Part shown: positions 55,581 through 64,000 of the stretch, in pieces
Layout: each line of letters starts with the position of its first letter
How positions within the stretch are numbered: position 1 is the first letter of the stretch
Assembly: GCA_040755695.1 (NCBI GenBank)
Contig: JBFMAK010000001.1
Coordinates: forward strand, 384,637-448,636
Length of the DNA: 64,000 nucleotides
Origin: Candidatus Iainarchaeum sp.
Lineage (GTDB): Archaea > Iainarchaeota > Iainarchaeia > Iainarchaeales > 1-14-0-10-31-34
Direction: 5' to 3'
Notes under the pieces: model-generated
Told to the model about the DNA's origin: nothing
Database searches by the model: none
What the model saw: only the letters and a program-made list of their open reading frames with translations
Made by a program: the position numbers and the translations under genes

Positions 55581-57983
55581 TTAAGAAAATTCCACTCTGA
55601 ATTCTTTTCCTTTCCTTATTTCTTTGGCGTTGCAGACTGCTTTGATGTCTTCCAGCGCAGGCTTTAATTCTTCAAGGAGTTTTTCCTCCACTGAAAGGAT
55701 TACTTCTGCCTTCATTGACTTCTGGTTTCTGGCTTTCTCCTGCCTTACCTTTCCTATGAGTTCAACTGCTTTCTCTCCTAAAGAAAAATTTTTTTCATCC
55801 AAAAATTCTTTTCTGAATTCAGGGAAAGAAGATAAGTGAATGCTTTTTTTGCCCTCTTTTTTCGCGTAATACATTTGGTAGATTTCCTCTGAAATGAAAG
55901 GCATGAAAGGCGCAAAGCATTTCAGGACTGAAAGAAGGGCTTCATTCAAGGCATACTGCGCTGAAATCTTTCCTTCCTTCCCTTTTTTCCCTGAATTGTA
56001 AAGCCTGTCCTTTATTATTTCAAGGTAATAGTCGCAAAAGGAATGCCAGAAGAAGTTCTCAAGGATTGCCTTTGCTTTGCCGTATTCATAGGCATCAAAG
56101 TGTTCTGTGATTTCTTTCACAACCAAATTGAGGTTATGTATAAGCCATGCATCTATTGCCTCAAGCTTTTTTGGCTTTTCTCCCTTGTAATCTGAAAGAT
56201 TCTGCAAGGAGAATTTTGAGGCATTCCATAGTTTTGTCACAAACTTTTGGCCTGTTGCAACATCCTTTTCCATGAATGGAGCGTCCTGGCCTAAATTGAT
56301 GGATGAAGCCCAGAACCTTAATGCGTCAGCAGAATATTTTTCAATTATCTCTGTTGGTGTAATGGCATTGCCTTTGCTTTTGCTCATCTTTTTTCCTTTT
56401 GGGTCTAGGCACCAGCCCGAAATCATTATGTCTTTCCAAGGCACTTTTCCTGTGTGCAATAAGCTTTTCACTATTGTATTGAACGCCCAGAAGGTAATGA
56501 TGTCGTGTGCCTGAGGCCTTAAGGTATTAGGAAACAGTTTCTTGAACTTCTTCTCGTCTCTCTGCCATTCCGAAATAATTAATGGAGTAAGGGAGGATGT
56601 AGCCCATGTGTCCAGGACATCTTTTTCTGGTTCGAATTTTGTGCCATTGCATTTAGGGCAGGGCTTTTTAGGCTTATCAATAAGAGGGTCTACTGGAAGG
56701 CTTTTTTTGTCTGCCAGAATTATTTCATTGCATTTCTTGCAGTACCATACTGGGAAGGGCACTCCATAGTATCTCTGCCTTGAAATGCACCAGTCCCACT
56801 GCAGGCCTTTAATCCAGTTGTCATACCTGTGCTTCATGTGCTCTGGAAACCATCTTATTTTCTTTCCTGCTTCAAGGAATTCCTGCTTCAAATCCAAGTA
56901 TTTTATGAACCACTGCTTTGACACAAGGAATTCTATTTCTGTTCCGCACCTGTCGTGGACATTAACTGTGTGGCTTATGCTTTTCTGTTCTTTTAGCAGG
57001 CCTTCTTTTTTTAATTCCTGGAGTATTGCTTCTCTTGCTTCGTTTAATTTCTTTCCTGCAAATCTTCCTGCTTTTTCGTTCAGTTTTCCGTCAGGGTTAA
57101 TTACAATTTTTAATGGGAGGCCGTACGCCTTCCACCATTCAATGTCCACTGTGTCCCCGAAAGTGCAGCACATAACAATCCCTGAGCCTTTCTTCGGGTC
57201 TACCCTTTGGTCTGCAATAATTGGAACTAAGTAATTGAATAATGGCACCAAAGCTTTTTTTCCAATAAGTTTCTTTGTTTTCGGCTCATCAGGGTGCACT
57301 AATACTGCAACGCATGCTGAAAGAAGTTCAGGCCTTGTGGTTGAAATAATTATTTTTTCTTTTGTTCCTTCAATTCCAAACAAAACATCATTGAATTTAG
57401 AGCTTAATTCCTTGTCCTCCAATTCCACTTGGGATATTGCTGTCCTGCACTCAGGGCACCATAAGGTTACTGCCTCCTTCCTGTATTCTCTTCCTTTCTC
57501 GTACAATTCAATGAATGAATGCTGGCTCAGCCTCTGCACTTCAGGGCTTATTGTGGAATAGAACTGGCTCCAGTCGCATGAAATCCCAATTGAATTCCAC
57601 GTCTTCCTGAATTCTTTTTCTGCTTTTGCTGTTTCCTCCAAGCATAATTTCACGAAATCTTTTCTGGGCATTTCTGTTGCCTTTATCTTCCTTTCCCTTT
57701 CAACGAATTTTTCTGTTGGAAGGCCGTTATCATCAAATCCGAACGGATAGAATACATTGAAGCCTTTCATTCTCTTGTATCTTGCAATGAATTCGGCTTG
57801 CGCGTAAGAGAAGGCATGGCCTACATGAATCAATCCTGATACAGTAGGAGGGGGGGTGTCAATTACATATAATGGCTTTTCTGAATTCAAGTCAAACTTG
57901 AAGATTTGCTCTTTCTCCCAGTATTGAGCCCACTTCTTTTCTGATTCCTTGGGATTATAATTCGCTTGCATGCCCATAAGCAT
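55581..57983 (-). CDS. valS: Valyl-tRNA synthetase (true start likely 57971-57977)
   Basis: IDTPPPTVSG.IHVGH, DWCISRQR, KMSKS. Confidence 0.96.
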   Translation of the reverse strand: MLMGMQANYNPKESEKKWAQYWEKEQIFKFDLNSEKPLYVIDTPPPTVSGLIHVGHAFSYAQAEFIARYKRMKGFNVFYPFGFDDNGLPTEKFVERERKIKATEMPRKDFVKLCLEETAKAEKEFRKTWNSIGISCDWSQFYSTISPEVQRLSQHSFIELYEKGREYRKEAVTLWCPECRTAISQVELEDKELSSKFNDVLFGIEGTKEKIIISTTRPELLSACVAVLVHPDEPKTKKLIGKKALVPLFNYLVPIIADQRVDPKKGSGIVMCCTFGDTVDIEWWKAYGLPLKIVINPDGKLNEKAGRFAGKKLNEAREAILQELKKEGLLKEQKSISHTVNVHDRCGTEIEFLVSKQWFIKYLDLKQEFLEAGKKIRWFPEHMKHRYDNWIKGLQWDWCISRQRYYGVPFPVWYCKKCNEIILADKKSLPVDPLIDKPKKPCPKCNGTKFEPEKDVLDTWATSSLTPLIISEWQRDEKKFKKLFPNTLRPQAHDIITFWAFNTIVKSLLHTGKVPWKDIMISGWCLDPKGKKMSKSKGNAITPTEIIEKYSADALRFWASSINLGQDAPFMEKDVATGQKFVTKLWNASKFSLQNLSDYKGEKPKKLEAIDAWLIHNLNLVVKEITEHFDAYEYGKAKAILENFFWHSFCDYYLEIIKDRLYNSGKKGKEGKISAQYALNEALLSVLKCFAPFMPFISEEIYQMYYAKKEGKKSIHLSSFPEFRKEFLDEKNFSLGEKAVELIGKVRQEKARNQKSMKAEVILSVEEKLLEELKPALEDIKAVCNAKEIRKGKEFRVEFS

Positions 57984-58107
57984 TTTTTTCCTTTAATTAA
58001 TTAACTGATTAATTAATCTTCCTTGAGAAGCTTTTTTTTATTATGCTTTTTTCCTGCCTTTTTACAGCAGGTATTAAAATAAATTTGAGTTAATTTCTTT
58101 TATAGTT

Positions 58108-59873
58108 ATGAAAAAGAAATTTTTTATTGCATTGATTTTATTGTGCTTTCTCTTCTCTTCTGCCCTTGTTTCAGCCAAATCCTATTACCTTCCCAAGACT
58201 GAAGTGTACATGAAGATTAATCCTGATGCATTGATTAACGTTGAAGAAAAGATTAGCTTTAATTTTTTGGGTGACTTCTCTTTCGCTTACAGGGACATAC
58301 CAAAAGGGCAGGGCAGTTGAGCAATATCCAGGTGCTTGAAGGCTCTCAGCCACTAAAATTTGAGTTAATTGACTTTGGCAGCAACACAAGAATTAAATGG
58401 TATTACACTGCTTCAGACGAGCAAAAGATTTTCACTTTAAAATACAATTTAAGCAAGGCTGTTACAGCTTACTCTGATGTAGCTGAATTGAACTGGAAGG
58501 TGTGGGGCGATAACTGGGCTGTCCCATTGAATGAATTGTACGGCTGGATTGAGCTTCCTTCCGATGTAAATAATCCAAAGGATGTTTACACCTGGGGGCA
58601 TCCTGCAGTGAACGGGAGGATTGGCTTGATTGAAGGAAACAAGATCCTGTTCCAGACATTCAATGTTCCTGCAAACCAGTGGGTTGAAATCAGGGTTGCA
58701 TTTCCCGTTTCCCTGCTTTCCTCCACAGAGAACGCAATTGCCCGCAATAGAGCCGGACTGCAGGGGATAATTGAAGAGGAGAAGAATTATCAGGCTGCTT
58801 CAAAATTAAATTTGATTCCTAAAGACTTTGAATTGCTTTTAGTGCTTTTCTTGTCGATTCAAATGGCCTTTTTCGGTTTTGTCTGGCATTACTTCGGCAG
58901 GGAACCAAAAATTGAATATGAAGCATATTATGAAAGGGAAGTGCCTTACGATTACAGCCCTGCAGTAGTAAGCGTTTTAATGCACCCATTAACAAAGACG
59001 CCTCAATTGAACCAGATAGTTGGGGAGATATTAAATTTATGCTTGAAAGGGAAATTAAGGCTTGAACAAATAAAAAAGTCAGGTTTCCTTGATAAGGGAG
59101 AATACAAAATTCATATAATTAATTCTTCAGCAGAAAACCTGCCTGAAAGCGAAAGGCTTCTCCTCAATTTGATTTTAGATGCAGCAAAAGGAAGATTTGA
59201 AGGATTAATCCTAAAAAAATTCAAGGAAGACAAAACGCCAAAGGAATTGCTTTTATCAGAGCTTGAAAGCTATTTAAGGAACAAGCCTTCCAGAGCCCAA
59301 TCTTTTGCAGAAGACTGGAAGAAAAGCGTAAAAGAAGAAGCTGAAAAACTTGGTTTCTTTTCAAAAAAGAACGGAATAATTCATTACATTGCTGGCTCAA
59401 TAATTATATTAATAATTTCCTTTATTGTTTCTCCTGTAATAACAATTGCAGTATTAATTGGTGCAGTGCTTCTCCAGTTAATTTTTCCTGAATCTCTCCC
59501 CAACAGGACAAAAGAAGGTGCATTGCATTACGCTAAATGGATGAACTTGAAGAAGTTCTTGGAGGACTTCAGCAAACTCAAAGAAATGCCTCCGACTGCG
59601 CTGCCTTTATGGGAGAAGTATTTGGTTTACTCAATTCCTTTAGGGGTGGCAAAAAAGGTGCAGGACGCAATGGATTACGTGTTCAAGGATTACAGAGGCG
59701 CATATAATTCCTCAATCTTTGTTGGTTCATATACGGCCTTCTCTGTCTCAGGCTTTGGCTCTGCTGTTTCAGGCTTCTCTTCTGCTTTTGCTTCTGCTGC
59801 AACCGCTGGGAGCGGAGGCTTTGGCGGCGGAGGCGGCGGAGGAGGGGGAGGCGGCGGAGGCGGAGCAGGCTGA
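58108..59873 (+). pseudogene. DUF2207 family membrane protein, frameshifted at 58306-58315
   Basis: Signal peptide and AYRDIP in ORF1; ELNWK, LWEKYLVYSI.LGV and Gly-rich tail in ORF2; GGGCA-GGGCA at the junction. Confidence 0.85.
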
Positions 59874-59923
59874 AGCTTAAAATACTTTACTGCACTTTAA
59901 AATTATTGTCAAGGTGAAAGATT

Positions 59924-60193
59924 GTGAGAAAACTTGCTTTTGGTGGAGGGCACAGAGAAGGGAAAAGAGGCGGAGTGAAAAGAAGAAGGCCAAGGCGTTC
60001 AAGCAATGGTTTTTATATTCCTGAATTGCCACACCAATCAGTCCAAATTGGAAAATATAAATATGGAATTACTCATATCGGAAGACGACTTACAGTAATG
60101 CGCTATTATAAAGGCGGAAAAGAAACAGTTCATGATAAAGAGCTTATCAAAAAAGTGTTAATTGCTCTAAAAATATTAAAGAAAAGAAAATGA
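59924..60193 (+). CDS. Small highly basic protein
   Basis: AGGTGA SD-like sequence upstream; R/K-rich. Confidence 0.6.
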   Translation: MRKLAFGGGHREGKRGGVKRRRPRRSSNGFYIPELPHQSVQIGKYKYGITHIGRRLTVMRYYKGGKETVHDKELIKKVLIALKILKKRK

Positions 60194-60214
60194 ATTAATT
60201 TTTAGGTGAAAAAA

Positions 60215-60508
60215 ATGCATAGGGGTATTTCGTTTGGAGGAACCCGTCACACAATAACAAGAAGAGGCAAGCGAACAGTAGCATTTAAGAGAGGGGAATT
60301 TTCTATTTCGCCTTCAAAGTCTATATCAAATACTATTACATTAGCCGATAAAAAATATTATGTTTTAGATTTTAAGGGACGGCCGCCAATAGTAATGTGC
60401 CGTAATGGAGTAAAAAAAGAAAAGGTAAATGACCCTAAACTCAAAAAGAAAATAATTCATTTATTAAAAGAAAAAAGACTAAAGAGAAGACTAAGCAAAA
60501 ATAGGTGA
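60215..60508 (+). CDS. Small highly basic protein
   Basis: AGGTGAAAAAAATG start context; weak similarity to the upstream gene. Confidence 0.6.
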   Translation: MHRGISFGGTRHTITRRGKRTVAFKRGEFSISPSKSISNTITLADKKYYVLDFKGRPPIVMCRNGVKKEKVNDPKLKKKIIHLLKEKRLKRRLSKNR

Positions 60509-60513
60509 AAAAA

Positions 60514-60819
60514 ATGTGTGCCACTCATAAAGGAAAGACGGTGTCCTTAAGAGGAAAGCACGGGATAAAAGGAAGAAATAATAAAATTGCAAGGCTTCCC
60601 TTAGGTTTAAGAGGAAAAGGTACGCTCCCAAAAAATGTTTTTGCTATATGCGAACTAAAATGCTGGAGGAGCGGCTTGGGCAAGGGGCAGCACAGAAACA
60701 TAATGTACTGAAACAAAGAAAAAAAGAGGGCGGAAACCTTAAGAAGCCCAATCCTGATTAAAATGTTCAAAGAAGCAGAACAAAAAAGAAAAGAAGAAAA
60801 GAAAGAGAGGAGAAAATAA
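60514..60819 (+). pseudogene. Small highly basic protein with an internal in-frame TGA (60709-60711)
   Basis: Same AGGTGAAAAAAATG start context; the frame stays open 35 codons after the TGA to a TAA abutting the ileS stop. Confidence 0.5.
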
Positions 60820-63681
60820 TTATTTCTTTAACTCAAAAAAGAATTCTTTTTCCAGTATTTTGTTCATTGCGCCTTTTCCTTGGGTGATTTTTGTGTTGGT
60901 TTCTGCTTCGATTTCTTTCTTGTGCTTTTTAATGAATTTCTTGTCATTGCAGTTAAACTTCATTTCAATTAATTCGTTTGGATTGAATTTCAGCTCTTTT
61001 CTCTTGTCTTGGATTCTTCTAACAAGTTCAGCTAGCTCCCATTCTTCTTTGAGCTCTTTATCTGCTTCAAGGTTTAAATGCAATGAAATTTTTTCGTTGA
61101 ATTCCTTGCTCGCATAATTTCCTTTTGGTTTCTGTTTTGAAATAACTGCTTTCTTTACATTCACTGAGCTTGCAAGAATGCCTAATGTTTCTTTTAATGC
61201 TTCTTCCTTTGATTCTATAATCAATTCCTTTAAAGGCCACCTAAGCCTTAGCTTCTGCTCTTCCCTCATTGCAAGAACGCTTTGGGCCAATTCTTTTGTT
61301 AATTCAAATTCTTTTTCTAATTCTTTGTTGATTAATTCTTCTTTTACTTCAGGGAATTCAAATAAATGAATGGATTCAGGCAATCCCTTTTCTTTCAGGT
61401 TCTGGTACAAGTATTCTGTAATGTGGGGGGTAATTGGCGCCAAGACTTTAAGGAAGTTCACCATGACATAATTCATTGTGTTGCTGACTGCCTTCTCTTT
61501 TGCTCTGTCCCTTATCAGTTTGATGTAAGTCCTGCTGAAGTCTTCAACCAAAAACTCGTTAATTAATGCTGCTGCCTTGGTGTAATAATACTTGTTGAAT
61601 GCTTCTATTGCTTCTCTTGCAGTTGAATTGAATTTTGATACAATCCATTTGTCTTCTGTCCTCAATTCCTTTAATTCAATTTTATTTGAATTCAGGGCAT
61701 CAGTTTTCAAGTAAAGTTTAATGAAATTAAAGGAATTCCATAATGTGTTGAAGAACCTGTTGATGTCGTTGAATGAATTCCAGTCAAAGGCAATGTCTTC
61801 GCCTTTTGAAACAGAACAAAAGTAGAACCTCATGTAGTCCCTGTTATACTTTTCAATTACTTCTTTTGGCTGGATGGTATTGCCTGTGCTCTTGCTCATC
61901 TTCTTTTTCTCTAATCCTAAAACCATTCCGTGAACCGCAATTGCCTTGAATGGAACTTTATCAAAGCATATTGTGGAGGTAATTATCTGTGAATTCCACC
62001 ATCCCCTCACCTGCTCTGTTGCCTCAATGTTCAAGTCAGCAGGCCAAAATCTTTCAAACAAGTCTTTTCTTTTAGGGTAATTTAATGCGCCCCAGCTTGA
62101 GACGCCTGCATCAAACCAGACATCCATTACTTCAGGCACCCTCTTCATTTTGCCTTTCCTGCACTTAGGGCAATCAAACACAATTTCATCTATTTCAGGC
62201 TTATGCAAATCCAAGCCCTTCTTTAATTTTGCATATCTTCCAAGCTCTTCCACTGAACCAAAAACAATTCTTTCACTGCATTTATCGCAGACCCAGATAG
62301 GCAATGGAGTGCCCCAATATCTTGCCCTGCTTATAGGCCAGTCCCCTATTCCTTCAAGCCAGTTCTTCATCCTGTCCTTCATCCAGAAAGGAACCCAATT
62401 CACTTTCTCGTTCAATTCAATAAGCCTTGCCTGAATTCCTGAAATCCTGAAAAACCATTGAGGCACAGAAATCATAAGCAATGGGGTCTTGCATCTCCAG
62501 CACAAAGGATAATCGTGGGTGAAAGGATGCCTGAAAACAAGGGCATTCATTTTCTCTAAGTCCTCAATTATCTCTTTGTCTACAATCCTTGCCTTCTTTC
62601 CTGCATACTTTCCTGTTTCCTCTGTAAGCTCTCCATTCAATCTCACTGGCGATATTGCAGGAAGCCCTTTTTCTTTTCCCACTTCAAAGTCTTCCCTTCC
62701 ATGGCCTGGAGCGCAGTGCACTAAGCCAGTGCCTGACTCTAAGTCAACATATCTCTCTGAAAGCACAATCCTGTAAGCATTCTTTAATTTCCCTAACTTC
62801 AAATTCTTTTCCAATGGATTGAAATACTCCATTCCCTCAAGCTCTTTTCCTTTGAATTCTTTTATCACCCTGTAACCGTAGCCTATTGTTTCCATTATTT
62901 TGGGCATTAATTCTTTTGCTAGAACCCATTTCTCTCCATTGCTTAATTCAACCTCACTGTACTCGAATTCAGGGTGAACCATTATTCCTGTATTCCCTGG
63001 GAGCGTCCAAGGAGTAGTAGTCCAAATAATGAAAAACAAATTCTTTTCTTTTCTTGCAGGAAACTTCACGTAAATGCTTTCATCTGAAAGTTTGGTGTAC
63101 TCAATTTCATTATAGCTTACTGCTGTCTCGCAGCGAGGGCATACATGAACAGAATACTTATCCAAGTAAAGAAGACCTTTCTCTTCTGCTTTCTTGAAAG
63201 TCCACCATATTGCCTCAATGTAATCATTTGAAAGCGTAATGTAAGGCTGCTTCCAGTCCATCCATACCCCCAAGTCTTCAAACTCCCTGTTCTGCGCGTC
63301 AATAAACCTTGTGGCGTAATCCCTGCATTTTTCAATGAACTTCTTTATTCCATAAACTTCAATGTCTTTCTTGTTTTTTACTCCAATCTCTTTTTCCACC
63401 TGGAATTCAATTGGAGTTCCGTGCGTGTCATAGCCTGGCCTGTCAAAGACATTAAAGCCCTGCATCCTCTTTACCCTGATTGAAACATCCTTTAAAATTT
63501 TGTTCAATGCAGTTCCCATGTGGATGTGTCCAGTAGCATAAGGGGGCCCGTCCATGAAATAATAATTCTTGGAGGAAGAAGCATTCTTCGCCCTAACCTT
63601 TTCAGGCACTCTCTGCTTCTTCCAGAGCTCTTTTACTTCCTCTTCTTTCTTCAAAGAATAAGGCTCAATCATTCCGCTCAT
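60820..63681 (-). CDS. ileS: Isoleucyl-tRNA synthetase
   Basis: DGPPYATG.IHMGT, WTTTPWTLP, DWPISRARYWG, KMSKS. Confidence 0.97.
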   Translation of the reverse strand: MSGMIEPYSLKKEEEVKELWKKQRVPEKVRAKNASSSKNYYFMDGPPYATGHIHMGTALNKILKDVSIRVKRMQGFNVFDRPGYDTHGTPIEFQVEKEIGVKNKKDIEVYGIKKFIEKCRDYATRFIDAQNREFEDLGVWMDWKQPYITLSNDYIEAIWWTFKKAEEKGLLYLDKYSVHVCPRCETAVSYNEIEYTKLSDESIYVKFPARKEKNLFFIIWTTTPWTLPGNTGIMVHPEFEYSEVELSNGEKWVLAKELMPKIMETIGYGYRVIKEFKGKELEGMEYFNPLEKNLKLGKLKNAYRIVLSERYVDLESGTGLVHCAPGHGREDFEVGKEKGLPAISPVRLNGELTEETGKYAGKKARIVDKEIIEDLEKMNALVFRHPFTHDYPLCWRCKTPLLMISVPQWFFRISGIQARLIELNEKVNWVPFWMKDRMKNWLEGIGDWPISRARYWGTPLPIWVCDKCSERIVFGSVEELGRYAKLKKGLDLHKPEIDEIVFDCPKCRKGKMKRVPEVMDVWFDAGVSSWGALNYPKRKDLFERFWPADLNIEATEQVRGWWNSQIITSTICFDKVPFKAIAVHGMVLGLEKKKMSKSTGNTIQPKEVIEKYNRDYMRFYFCSVSKGEDIAFDWNSFNDINRFFNTLWNSFNFIKLYLKTDALNSNKIELKELRTEDKWIVSKFNSTAREAIEAFNKYYYTKAAALINEFLVEDFSRTYIKLIRDRAKEKAVSNTMNYVMVNFLKVLAPITPHITEYLYQNLKEKGLPESIHLFEFPEVKEELINKELEKEFELTKELAQSVLAMREEQKLRLRWPLKELIIESKEEALKETLGILASSVNVKKAVISKQKPKGNYASKEFNEKISLHLNLEADKELKEEWELAELVRRIQDKRKELKFNPNELIEMKFNCNDKKFIKKHKKEIEAETNTKITQGKGAMNKILEKEFFFELKK

Positions 63682-63693
63682 TTTGCCCGCACT

Positions 63694-63987
63694 TCACTTA
63701 ATGTATTTTTTTGAGTAATTTTCAGTGAAAATCTTTGCTGTATTGTCATCGAACACTTTTATTACCTCATAGCTTCCTTTTGTTTCACTTGAATTTGTAA
63801 CGAAATCCTTTACTTTTATTACGCCTGCAATATTCCAGTCCCTGTCAGCCAAAAGCATTGGAACGTCTATTGGGTAAATTCTGCTCCCGCTCTTCTGAAA
63901 CCTTAATGTCTTTCCTGCAACAAAATCCTTCCTGTCCAATTCATCCTTTAACTTCAACACGAAATTGAATTCAACCATTGCACCCAT
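63694..63987 (-). CDS. DUF2584-like small protein
   Basis: MG..VEFN.VLKL...F.KSG.RIYPIDVP; GGAGGT upstream. Confidence 0.6.
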   Translation of the reverse strand: MGAMVEFNFVLKLKDELDRKDFVAGKTLRFQKSGSRIYPIDVPMLLADRDWNIAGVIKVKDFVTNSSETKGSYEVIKVFDDNTAKIFTENYSKKYIK

Positions 63988-64000
63988 TCAAATTACCTCC

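Noticed and set aside
59810..59873. G-rich GGC/GGA repeat (possible G-quadruplex)
   Set aside because: Explained by the poly-Gly tail typical of DUF2207 proteins.
24092..60711. Genome-wide stop-codon reassignment suggested by the in-frame TAA and TGA
   Set aside because: The two internal stops are different codons, and conserved genes end normally at TAA (fen, ths) and TGA (speB, albA).

Overview
64 kb of an AT-rich archaeal chromosome using the standard genetic code. The compact gene content suggests a DPANN lineage such as Diapherotrites (inference, not a database result). Housekeeping genes include gatD, lig, proS, valS, ileS, fen, albA, thermosome, DRG GTPase, MBF1, ZPR1 and an RNase H. 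There are six tRNA genes, toxin-antitoxin-like pairs, three archaeal AAA ATPases, membrane/surface proteins and several highly basic orphans. The standout is the tRNA cluster at about 9.1-10.2 kb. Three tRNAs (Pro-TGG, Ser-GGA, Pro-GGG) carry 76-108 nt introns at position 37/38 with good bulge-helix-bulge motifs. Each intron holds a copy of a dispersed repeat that also occurs intergenically: pyrimidine tract, complementary purine tract, 12-14 nt loop, mirror-image purine tract. All three tracts co-vary across seven copies, the signature of an intrastrand triple helix. Also present are a second REP-like hairpin repeat, an atypical UAA-anticodon tRNA with G73, and a series of genes broken by single lesions. 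No transposase, integrase, CRISPR array or rRNA was recognised.
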